This document shows, in pieces, positions 26,879 to 35,760 of a DNA stretch of 64,000 nucleotides. Source of the stretch: Pseudothermotoga sp. (GTDB taxonomy: Bacteria > Thermotogota > Thermotogae > Thermotogales > DSM-5069); the NCBI GenBank assembly GCA_041640575.1, contig JBEPZZ010000003.1, positions 39,709-103,708 on the forward strand, written 5' to 3'. The notes below the pieces were generated by a model. That model was given only the letters and a program-made list of their open reading frames with translations, was not told the origin of the DNA and searched no databases. The translations under genes and the position numbers were made by a program. The number at the start of each line of letters is the position of its first letter. Position 1 is the stretch's first letter.

Positions 26879-28357
26879 TTGACACAAATTTCGGCGATTT
26901 TCAGTTTGGATGTTTTAATTCCATTGCTGCTTTCGATGTTCTTTGGCGTTTTTGTAGGCGCTATGCCAGGATTAACAGCAACTATGGCTGTGGCCTTGAT
27001 AATACCTTTGACTTACCATATGAAGCCTATTGCAGGACTTACCATGGTGCTCGGAGTGTCTTTCACCGCGATTTTTGCAGGTGATATACCCGCAACTTTT
27101 CTCAGAATACCTGGTACCCCGGCATCAGGTGCAGCAACTTTGGATGGCTATGAATTGTCAAAGCAGGGAAAAGGTTCTATCGCTTTAACCTTGGATCTAC
27201 TGTGCTCTGTCGTTGGCGGATTAATAGGTGTAGTGCTGCTGATACTATTATCACCTCCCATGGCGAAATTCGCTCTAAAATTTACAAACTTTGAGTATTT
27301 CTGGCTTGGAATCTTCGGTCTCAGCATGGCTGCGGTTTTAAGCAGAGGAAACGTTATGAAGGGCCTCTTATCAGCCACCTTAGGTTTGTTGATATCAACT
27401 ATTGGAATTGATGTGACAACAGGTTATCCGAGATTCACTTTTGGAGTAACTGAGTTGATGGACGGTGTCAGCTTCATCCCGGCTATGATAGGAATTTTTG
27501 GAATGTCAGAAGTTTTGAAAAGAGTCATGCAGGGTCGAAAAGCTATGGAAATGCCATCCATTGTTGAAAAAACAAGCTTGAATATGGGTGCGGCCTTAAG
27601 GCTGATGTGGAAGCACAAATTTACAATTGTACGTGGGGCTCTTATAGGTACCTTCATAGGTGCGTTACCTGGAGCCGGAGCTGATATTGCGGCTTGGGTT
27701 TCGTACGGAGTTGAAAAAAGTTCATCAAGAGATCAGGAAATAGGAAAAGGAAGTATTAAAGGAGTTATCGCTCCAACAAGCGCCAACAATGCTGCTATCG
27801 GTGGAACCTGGATACCCGCATTAGTTTTTGGTGTCCCAGGTGACTCAATAACTGCTATAGTACTTGGTGCAATGTTGATGTACGGTTTAAGACCTGGACC
27901 TCTTATTTTTACACAGTCCGCAGCTCTTGTTCAACAACTCTTCACAGTGGCTGTAATTGTTCAAATCTTTTTGATTCCAATAGGATGGCTTGGGATAAAA
28001 GCGTTTTCCTTATTTTTGAGATTGAAAAGTGGTGTAGTGATGACAGCAGTCGTATTCTTTTCAATTATAGGTGCCTTTGCAATTAGAAATAGTCCTTTTG
28101 ACGTTTACGTTATGCTAATCTTTTCGCTAATTGGTTTTATTTTCGAGAAACTTGGCATTCCGCTTGCTCCAATGATACTTGGTCTGATATTGGGAAGAAT
28201 GATTGAGGATAACCTGCGAGTTGGTCTTATCAAGACCAAAGGTAGTTTTCTGCCATTTTTGACTCGGCCAATTTCTGCTGTACTAGTTTGCCTTATAATT
28301 TTTTCCTTACTTTTACCTCTCATCAAAAACCTATTAAACCGGCGCAATAGTATTTAA
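26879..28357 (+). CDS. tctA: Tripartite tricarboxylate transporter large subunit TctA
   Basis: GAMPGLT, RIPGTP, GALPGAG, ANNA, GVPG, PGPLIF. Confidence 0.93.
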   Translation: MTQISAIFSLDVLIPLLLSMFFGVFVGAMPGLTATMAVALIIPLTYHMKPIAGLTMVLGVSFTAIFAGDIPATFLRIPGTPASGAATLDGYELSKQGKGSIALTLDLLCSVVGGLIGVVLLILLSPPMAKFALKFTNFEYFWLGIFGLSMAAVLSRGNVMKGLLSATLGLLISTIGIDVTTGYPRFTFGVTELMDGVSFIPAMIGIFGMSEVLKRVMQGRKAMEMPSIVEKTSLNMGAALRLMWKHKFTIVRGALIGTFIGALPGAGADIAAWVSYGVEKSSSRDQEIGKGSIKGVIAPTSANNAAIGGTWIPALVFGVPGDSITAIVLGAMLMYGLRPGPLIFTQSAALVQQLFTVAVIVQIFLIPIGWLGIKAFSLFLRLKSGVVMTAVVFFSIIGAFAIRNSPFDVYVMLIFSLIGFIFEKLGIPLAPMILGLILGRMIEDNLRVGLIKTKGSFLPFLTRPISAVLVCLIIFSLLLPLIKNLLNRRNSI

Positions 28358-28408
28358 GCAGTCAAACTTACAGTGGTTCTATCATATAATTTATTTGAGG
28401 TGAGTCTT

Positions 28409-29629
28409 CTGATAAGTGCTGTTGTTATAAGCACAGGTAGTGAGCTTGTCGAAGGTCGTATTCTAAATACAAATGCTAAGTATATATGCGAAAAACTAAT
28501 TGAAAGAGGGTTAACAGTAAAAGAAGTTTTGGCACTGGACGACGATCTAGAGCTGATAGCTTCAAGAATCAAAGAAAAACTGCGGGAAAATGACCTACTC
28601 GTCATAACAGGAGGTTTAGGACCGACCGAGGATGACAAAACAAGAGAAGCAGTTGCTAAAGCGTTGGAACGGTCTTTATATACAGATTCAAATCTTGCAA
28701 ATGAGATACTTGCGAAAGTTAGAAGGTATTATCAAAGAATGCCAGAAAATATCTTAAAGCAAGCTCAAATTGTGGAAGGAGCAAGGATAATTCCAAACGA
28801 AGTTGGAACTGCTCCTGGGCAAGTAATAGATGTGTCAGGTAAAAAGTTAGTCATTCTTCCAGGTCCACCACAAGAAATGATACCTATGTTTAACAAAATC
28901 CTTGATGATTTAAATCCGAAGCAGGGCTTATTTTGGATCACTATGACATTTTTTGGTATACCTGAATCTGTGATAGATGCGAAAATAACAGAGTTGAACC
29001 CAATCAAGGAAATGAAAATTGCCACACAAGCGTCTTACGAAAACGGTGTAAAAGTCAGACTACTGGTAGACGAGTCTTTAAGAGAGCAGGCTGAAAGTTT
29101 CTCTGAAATCCTCGTGAAAGCACTTCAAGAAGGATTCGTCGGGTATGGCGACGTAAAGCTGGAAGAACTTGTGGTTCAGCTACTTAAGGATAGTCGTAAG
29201 ACATTAGCTGTTGCGGAATCTTGTACTGGTGGAATGATATGTTCAAGGATAGTTTCTGTCCCAGGAGCGTCTGAAGTCTTTTTAGGTGGTGTAGTTGCGT
29301 ACGACAATGATGTTAAGGTTAAAATACTTGGTGTGCAAAGCGAAACGATTTTGAAATATGGAGCGGTGTCTTTGGAATGTGCTTCGGAAATGGCTTATGG
29401 TGTTCAAAAGATTACAGGTGCCGATCTCTCCGTCGCGGTCACGGGGATTGCTGGCCCCACTGGTGGTACATCTGATAAACCAGTTGGTACAGTATATATA
29501 GCCGTTACTTATGGAAATGATGTTAAAGTTAAGAAATTATTCTATCCTCATGAGAGAAATGTTTTTCGCTTAAGAATATCGGGGTACGCACTTTACGAAG
29601 TTATAAAAGAATTAAGGAATATGCTATGA
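28409..29629 (+). CDS. cinA: CinA competence/damage-inducible protein (MocF-like domain + PncC NMN deamidase); probable CTG start
   Basis: [50 protein letters not shown]-gtctt-CTG. Confidence 0.9.
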   Translation: MISAVVISTGSELVEGRILNTNAKYICEKLIERGLTVKEVLALDDDLELIASRIKEKLRENDLLVITGGLGPTEDDKTREAVAKALERSLYTDSNLANEILAKVRRYYQRMPENILKQAQIVEGARIIPNEVGTAPGQVIDVSGKKLVILPGPPQEMIPMFNKILDDLNPKQGLFWITMTFFGIPESVIDAKITELNPIKEMKIATQASYENGVKVRLLVDESLREQAESFSEILVKALQEGFVGYGDVKLEELVVQLLKDSRKTLAVAESCTGGMICSRIVSVPGASEVFLGGVVAYDNDVKVKILGVQSETILKYGAVSLECASEMAYGVQKITGADLSVAVTGIAGPTGGTSDKPVGTVYIAVTYGNDVKVKKLFYPHERNVFRLRISGYALYEVIKELRNML

Positions 29630-29661
29630 TATACGATAGAACCATGTCGGGAGGAGTAGAA

Positions 29662-31683
29662 ATGATGAACGAGCAATATTTGGGCGTTTTCATTGATGAA
29701 AGCAAAGAATATATCCAAACTTTGAATGATAGTTTACTTGCTCTTGAAAAAGATCACGATAATATAGAAGCAGTTAATGAAGCGTTTAGAGCTTTGCACA
29801 CTCTCAAAGGTATGTCGGGAACTATGGGATTTGAGAAAATGGCAAAGTTTTGTCACACAGTAGAACAATTTTTGGACAAGGTCAGAAATCGGAAAGTTGA
29901 GCTTACTACAGAATTTATAGATAAATTACTTATGAGTGTTGATCTTTTGGACAAGATGATAAGTTCGATAAGAAACACCGGAACAGATCAAATAGAAGGT
30001 AATGATGTTGATCTTTTGATCAAAAGTTTTGAGAACATCCAACCAGTTAAGGTATCAGAAGAACCTTCAAAACACCAGGAATCCAAAGAGGCTGAAGACG
30101 CCAAAGTCAAAGAATCAGAGAAATTTTCAATAACTCTTTCAGAAGAAGTTCTAGACGTGCTGAATGAAGCTAGGAAGCAAGGATATAACGCATATAAATT
30201 GAAGATCAGTCTTCAAAAAGGAACACAGTTTAAGGCTGTAAGAATGTACATGGTCTTCAAAAATATTGAAGATAATGGCGGTCAGATTCTTAGTTCATTA
30301 CCCTCTGTCGAAGACATAGAACAAGAAAAATTCGATCTAGACGTTGAGCTTGTGGTCGTGACAAGGCAGGAAAAAGAAAGTCTAAGGAACCTGTTGCTTT
30401 CGATTTCAGAGATAGATAAAGTCATGATAGAAGATATAATTGTAGAGGAAAAGAAATTCGTGCAGGAAGAAAGAGAAATATCGAAAGAAACGTATGAGCA
30501 GCAAAAGGGAGCAGAAGTTAAGGAGACAAAACGAAAAAGAATAGTTCAGACAGTGAGAGTTGATATAGATAAGCTGGATACTCTTATGAATTTAATGGGC
30601 GAACTGGTTATTTCTCGAAGCAGAATTGCTGACACATTGAGAAAATACAACATAAAAGAAGTGGATGAAAGTTTGGCAAATCTCAACAGAATAACCCTTG
30701 ATTTGCAAAATGTTGTTATGAAAGTTAGAATGGTCCCCATAGCTTTTGTTTTCAACAGGTTCCCCAGAATGGTTCGAGACCTAGCAAAACAGTTAAACAA
30801 GGAGATCAATTTTGTTATTGAAGGAGAGGAAACCGAGCTAGATAGGACTTTCGTTGAGGACATAGGTGAGCCAATTCTTCATATATTGCGCAACGCGATA
30901 GATCATGGGATAGAAAGTAAAGAAGAGCGCTTAGCAAAAGGAAAACCACCCGTTGGTACCGTCATTTTATCAGCTAGACACGAAGGCAATAATGTGGTAA
31001 TAGAAGTGAAAGATGATGGTAGAGGAATCGATAGAGCAACTGTTTTGAAAAAGGCGATAGAAAAAGGACTTATAACTGAAGCACAAGCTGAGGCTCTTCC
31101 TGATGAAAAAGTGTATGAATTTCTGTTTTTACCTGGGTTTTCAACTAGGACTGAGGCAAATGAGCTATCTGGCAGGGGTGTCGGAATGGATGTTGTAAGA
31201 AATGTAGTTGAGTCTCTAAATGGTTCAGTTAGTGTGCAAAGTATCAAGGGAAAGGAAACCACGGTTACGATGCGTCTGCCACTCACGTTGGCGATTATAC
31301 AAGCTTTACTTGTTAAGGTTGGCAGTTATGTATACGCCATTCCTATAGCAAATATTGACAGTACACTTAGTATTGATAGAAACCAGGTAAAGAAAATCCA
31401 AGATCGTGAGGTTACAGTAATAAGAGGTGAGATTGTACCCATTGTAAAACTTTGGGAAATACTTGACTTACCTCATCAGCAAGTTGATGGCATTTATAAT
31501 ACAGTTATCGTCAGATCTGGGAACAAAAAGATCGGTGTGGCTGTTGACATGTTGATAGGTCAAGAAGATATAGTTATAAAATCACTTGGCAAGATTTTTG
31601 CGGACGTTAAGGTTTTCAGTGGTGGAGCGATATTGGGAGACGGAAGCATCGCCTTGATTCTCGACGTTACAAACATAGTGTAA
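29662..31683 (+). CDS. cheA: Chemotaxis histidine kinase CheA
   Basis: Hpt RALHTLKG, P2 domain, [26 protein letters not shown]-terminal CheW domain. Confidence 0.96.
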   Translation: MMNEQYLGVFIDESKEYIQTLNDSLLALEKDHDNIEAVNEAFRALHTLKGMSGTMGFEKMAKFCHTVEQFLDKVRNRKVELTTEFIDKLLMSVDLLDKMISSIRNTGTDQIEGNDVDLLIKSFENIQPVKVSEEPSKHQESKEAEDAKVKESEKFSITLSEEVLDVLNEARKQGYNAYKLKISLQKGTQFKAVRMYMVFKNIEDNGGQILSSLPSVEDIEQEKFDLDVELVVVTRQEKESLRNLLLSISEIDKVMIEDIIVEEKKFVQEEREISKETYEQQKGAEVKETKRKRIVQTVRVDIDKLDTLMNLMGELVISRSRIADTLRKYNIKEVDESLANLNRITLDLQNVVMKVRMVPIAFVFNRFPRMVRDLAKQLNKEINFVIEGEETELDRTFVEDIGEPILHILRNAIDHGIESKEERLAKGKPPVGTVILSARHEGNNVVIEVKDDGRGIDRATVLKKAIEKGLITEAQAEALPDEKVYEFLFLPGFSTRTEANELSGRGVGMDVVRNVVESLNGSVSVQSIKGKETTVTMRLPLTLAIIQALLVKVGSYVYAIPIANIDSTLSIDRNQVKKIQDREVTVIRGEIVPIVKLWEILDLPHQQVDGIYNTVIVRSGNKKIGVAVDMLIGQEDIVIKSLGKIFADVKVFSGGAILGDGSIALILDVTNIV

Positions 31684-31701
31684 CCATGGAGGGATAATTA
31701 G

Positions 31702-32151
31702 ATGTCCAACAAAAGTGAGTTTGAGGTTTTTGTTTTCACAATTGGCGAGCAAGAAATGGCTTTCGATGTTGAATATGTTAGTATGGTAATCGATAAAGTC
31801 GAAATAACACCCGTCCCTAAGTCTAAATCAACTGTGTTGGGAGTTATGAACCTTCGAGGTAGAATCGTTCCAGTTATAAGCTTGTCTTCTCTGCTTGAGC
31901 TTCAAAGCGGTTCAAAAGACGAAGACACTAAGATAGTTGTTACAAACTGGGAAGAGGTTGAAGCTGGTTTCACTGTTTCTAAGGTAAAGGGTGTAATGCG
32001 GTGCAACAGTGACGAAGTCGAGAAACTCTACAAGTTGGATAAATTCGGTGAAAAGTGCAAGGGAATTATAAAAAAGGGTAATGAGCTAATTGTATATTTG
32101 AACCTTGACAAGATCTTGGAAGAACTTACAGGTTCTTCAGAACATGTTTGA
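31702..32151 (+). CDS. cheW: Chemotaxis coupling protein CheW
   Basis: ITPVP, GVMNLRGRIVPVI. Confidence 0.93.
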   Translation: MSNKSEFEVFVFTIGEQEMAFDVEYVSMVIDKVEITPVPKSKSTVLGVMNLRGRIVPVISLSSLLELQSGSKDEDTKIVVTNWEEVEAGFTVSKVKGVMRCNSDEVEKLYKLDKFGEKCKGIIKKGNELIVYLNLDKILEELTGSSEHV

Positions 32152-32168
32152 TGGGGAGGGTTTTCGTG

Positions 32169-32528
32169 ATGCCAAAAAGGGTTCTAATAGTTGATGATGC
32201 TGCGTTTATGAGAATGTTGCTGAAAGATATAGTAACCAAAGCTGGTTATGAAGTCGCTGGAGAAGCAGCAAATGGTGTGGAAGCGGTAGAAAAATATAAG
32301 GAGCTAAGACCAGATGTCGTAACTATGGACATAACTATGCCCGAAATGAACGGTATAGAAGCTATAAAGAAGATACGTGAATTCGATCCAAACGCCAAAA
32401 TTATTGTATGCAGTGCCATGGGACAGCAAGCAATGGTAATTGAAGCAATACAAGCCGGTGCTAAGGATTTCATCGTCAAGCCATTCCAGCATTCTAGGGT
32501 GGTTGAGGCTCTTCAAAAAGTGAGTTAA
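32169..32528 (+). CDS. cheY: Chemotaxis response regulator CheY
   Basis: VDDAAFMR, MDITMP, CSAMGQQ, FIVKPF. Confidence 0.95.
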   Translation: MPKRVLIVDDAAFMRMLLKDIVTKAGYEVAGEAANGVEAVEKYKELRPDVVTMDITMPEMNGIEAIKKIREFDPNAKIIVCSAMGQQAMVIEAIQAGAKDFIVKPFQHSRVVEALQKVS

Positions 32529-32543
32529 CCGAGGTGGTAACTT

Positions 32544-32858
32544 ATAGGTAATCTTTTTCTTCAAGTTCTGTTAGCTTTCTCTTTGCTTTTAGGTTTTCTG
32601 ACATTTATTTATGTGTTCGTACGGCGAAAAACTATTTCTCTTGGAAAAAATATCAAAATCATAGAGAGATTATACCTTGACAGGTCTACATCGATTTTAT
32701 TAGTGCGATTAGTTGATGATTATTTTTTCATCCTTGTTTGTTCCTCTGGTGCGACTGTCTTGAAAAAGCTGACTGATACGGAAGCAGCTTCCTTAGGTCA
32801 GGACAAACAAATAAGTTTCTCTGAGACCTTTTTCAAGCGGTTGGCTAAAAAAGGATGA
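32544..32858 (+). CDS. fliO: Flagellar export protein FliO; probable ATA start
   Basis: Lies between cheY and fliP; single N-terminal TM, then IKIIERLYLDRSTSILLVRL. In-frame ATA 32544 follows GAGGTGG and completes the TM helix. Confidence 0.75.
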   Translation: MGNLFLQVLLAFSLLLGFLTFIYVFVRRKTISLGKNIKIIERLYLDRSTSILLVRLVDDYFFILVCSSGATVLKKLTDTEAASLGQDKQISFSETFFKRLAKKG

Positions 32859-32864
32859 AAATTC

Positions 32865-33623
32865 ATGAAACGAGTCCTGCTTGTAGCGTTAGTGTTATTT
32901 TGCATTGGCACCACTTTTGCTCAAGAAGAATTACCATTCCCGTCCATAAGAATTGGCATTTCCCCGGCTGAAAGTCCAAGGGATCTAGCTGTAACGCTTG
33001 AGATCTTGTTGCTGCTGACAGTCTTGGCACTTGCTCCAAGTATCTTGATTCTTTTCACATCGTTCACGAGAATAATTGTTGTATTTTCATTTCTGAGAAA
33101 TGCCCTTGGTACACGTCAAACACCACCCTCTCAGGTCCTCATCGGGTTAGCTTTGTTCTTGACTTTCTTGATAATGCAGCCGGTATGGAATGATATATAT
33201 AACAATGCCCTACAGCCTTACATGAACGGAAAAATAGGTTACCAAGAGATGTTCTCTAGGATAACGAGCAGTGTACGGACTTTCATGATAAGGGAACTTA
33301 AGGATCATCATAATGAAGGTAAAGTGTTCCTGTTAGCTTCTTCTGTTCAGCAAAAATTCGACAAAATCGAAGACGCTCCAAATAGCGTTCTAATTCCTGC
33401 TTTTGTTTTGGGAGAGTTAGAACTGGGCTTTAAAATGGGGATATTACTTTATATACCTTTTATAGTCGTAGATATGGTGGTTTCAAGCATTCTCCTGTCT
33501 ATGGGCATGATAATGATACCACCAGTTTTAATATCTTTACCATTCAAGGTACTTTTGTTTACGGCTGTTAACGGGTGGGACCTACTGATCACTGGCCTCA
33601 TTAAAAGCTTTGCTGGGAGGTAA
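32865..33623 (+). CDS. fliP: Flagellar export gate FliP
   Basis: TSFTRIIVV, QTPPSQVL, LIPAF, PPVLISLPFK, NGW. Confidence 0.96.
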   Translation: MKRVLLVALVLFCIGTTFAQEELPFPSIRIGISPAESPRDLAVTLEILLLLTVLALAPSILILFTSFTRIIVVFSFLRNALGTRQTPPSQVLIGLALFLTFLIMQPVWNDIYNNALQPYMNGKIGYQEMFSRITSSVRTFMIRELKDHHNEGKVFLLASSVQQKFDKIEDAPNSVLIPAFVLGELELGFKMGILLYIPFIVVDMVVSSILLSMGMIMIPPVLISLPFKVLLFTAVNGWDLLITGLIKSFAGR

Positions 33624-33627
33624 AAAT

Positions 33628-33894
33628 GTGACGACAGACATGTTCCTAGATATTGTTAAGGATGGCATTCAAACCATTATTATCGTTATAACACCACCTT
33701 TGATAGTCAGCTTGATTGTTGGACTAGTTATAAGTATTTTTCAAGCTGTAACGCAGATACATGAACAAACATTAACTTTTGCGCCAAAAATTATCCTTGT
33801 TCTTTTGACCATTGCATTTCTTGGTGGTTGGATGCTTCAAAAATTGGTGGAATACTCTCAAGAATTACTTGAAAAATTTATGGGAATGATTTGA
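33628..33894 (+). CDS. fliQ: Flagellar export gate FliQ
   Basis: GLVISIFQAVTQIHEQTLTFAPK. Confidence 0.95.
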   Translation: MTTDMFLDIVKDGIQTIIIVITPPLIVSLIVGLVISIFQAVTQIHEQTLTFAPKIILVLLTIAFLGGWMLQKLVEYSQELLEKFMGMI

Positions 33895-33895
33895 T

Positions 33896-34666
33896 TTGGA
33901 TTTCAGAGTTTTTCTTGAAACAAAGTTTTTGACGTGGGTATTGCTTGTTACAAGATTAGCTGGTATGTTTATGATTGCTCCATTCTTTGCAGAATGGTTT
34001 TTCCCGATCCAACTGAAGATTCCTATTGTAATTTTTTTCAGTTGGGCAGCTTTACCTTTGTTGAGTGAGAGTATTCCATTGAACATCAATGTTGTGAACT
34101 TGGTTTTAGCAATAATTACAAATTATTTTGTAGGTTTTTCAATTGGATTTTTGGCTGTTTTGCCATTTGCTTCTCTTTCAATTGCGGGCGAAATTTTTGG
34201 TACTCAGATGGGTTTTGCTATGTCGTCTGTTTTTGACCCTCAGCGTGAGGAAACTCCGATTCTTGGTGAGTTCATGTACGTCGTGGGATTGTATGTCTTC
34301 GTAGCTTTGAACAGTCATTTATTGCTGATACAGGCGATTGTTGATTCCGTTGAGACGGTTCCCTTGTCAAAAACTCTCATTGAACCAAATTTTGTCCCAC
34401 TGATTGTTGAGAAAAGCTCAGAAATGTTTGTTATAGCTATGAAGTTTGGTTTTCCTATTATCGCATTTATGTTAGTTGTTTCTATAGCTTTAGGAATAAT
34501 TTCAAGACTTGTTCCTCAGATGAACGTTTTCATGGTTGGTATGCCTTTAAAAGTTCTTGTGGGTCTGATTCTCTTTGCAGGGATGATTCCTGTATGGGCG
34601 GATGTTTTCTCTCAAATCTCATTGCGTCTGATGAATTTTATGAAGAACTTCATAAAGACTTTTTAA
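33896..34666 (+). CDS. fliR: Flagellar export gate FliR
   Basis: AGEIFGTQMGF, VFDP, RLVPQMNVFMVGMP.K. Confidence 0.94.
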   Translation: MDFRVFLETKFLTWVLLVTRLAGMFMIAPFFAEWFFPIQLKIPIVIFFSWAALPLLSESIPLNINVVNLVLAIITNYFVGFSIGFLAVLPFASLSIAGEIFGTQMGFAMSSVFDPQREETPILGEFMYVVGLYVFVALNSHLLLIQAIVDSVETVPLSKTLIEPNFVPLIVEKSSEMFVIAMKFGFPIIAFMLVVSIALGIISRLVPQMNVFMVGMPLKVLVGLILFAGMIPVWADVFSQISLRLMNFMKNFIKTF

Positions 34667-35730
34667 ATATTGATCTACAACTTTTTGCTGATCCTGAAAG
34701 AACAGAGAAGCCAACTCCTCGCAAGCGAAGGAAAGCCAGAGAAGAAGGACAGGTTGCCACATCTAGGGAACTCAACATGGCAGTTTCTTTTATTGCAGCA
34801 GCTTTTGCAATTAGGCTCCTTTTCCCAGATCTAATAGAGGCAGTTGAACTGGGAACATACAACTATTTTCTGTTGAATGGATATGACGAATTATTCGAAA
34901 CGCTTGGTTCAAAATTACTTTTGGCTTTTTCGCAACTCATAGTGGTAATGCTTGCCATCTTCGCAATTTCCATGCTTGCCTCGATAATTACTGGAGCTCT
35001 GCAAACTAGATTTCTTTTATCTTTTAAACCACTCAAGATTGATTTAAATAGAATCAATCCGATTGAAGGTTTCAAAAGACTTTTCTCCTTTAGAAGTTTG
35101 TTTGAACTGTTAAAATCAATAATCAAGATGTTCATAGTTGGGTACGTTGGGTATTCAATTGTGCGTAAGCATTGGAACTTGTTCTTTCTCTACAGCGATA
35201 TGGATTTATTGGATTCGTCAAAACAACTTTTTCTTTTGCTCTATGATGTTCTCTTTCGCTGTGGTCTGGCATTGCTTGCCTTGGCGTTTTTGGACTACCT
35301 GTATCAAAGGTGGGAATTTGAAAAAAGCCTGAGAATGACTAAACAAGAACTGAAAGAAGAATATCGTGAAGTCGAAGGAAGCCCGGAGGTTAAAAGAAGA
35401 CAAAGGGAGATCATGGCACGATTAGCTCGAGGACGTATGCTTCAACAGGTTCCGCAAGCTGATGTAGTGATAACTAACCCAACCCACATTGCTGTTGCTC
35501 TGAAATATGACCCGCAAGAGACGCAAGCCCCGATAGTTTTGGCAAAAGGCTTGGACGAACTTGCAAAAAGAATTTTAGAGATTGCGAACGAAAATAAGAT
35601 CCCAGTTGTTCAAAATCCACAGGTTGCAAGGGAACTTTATTATTCTGTTGAAGTGGGAGAAGAAATTCCTCCGACGCTCTATCGTGCAGTTGCTGAAATT
35701 CTTGCCTATGTTTATTCGGTTAGAAGTTAG
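34594..35730 (+). CDS. flhB: Flagellar export switch protein FlhB
   Basis: RTEKPT, EGQV, MTKQELKEE..E.EG.P, autocleavage motif NPTH. Start overlaps fliR by 73 nt. Confidence 0.95.
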   Translation: MGGCFLSNLIASDEFYEELHKDFLNIDLQLFADPERTEKPTPRKRRKAREEGQVATSRELNMAVSFIAAAFAIRLLFPDLIEAVELGTYNYFLLNGYDELFETLGSKLLLAFSQLIVVMLAIFAISMLASIITGALQTRFLLSFKPLKIDLNRINPIEGFKRLFSFRSLFELLKSIIKMFIVGYVGYSIVRKHWNLFFLYSDMDLLDSSKQLFLLLYDVLFRCGLALLALAFLDYLYQRWEFEKSLRMTKQELKEEYREVEGSPEVKRRQREIMARLARGRMLQQVPQADVVITNPTHIAVALKYDPQETQAPIVLAKGLDELAKRILEIANENKIPVVQNPQVARELYYSVEVGEEIPPTLYRAVAEILAYVYSVRS

Positions 35731-35760
35731 GATATAATTTTGTAAAGGGAGTTTCTTTGA

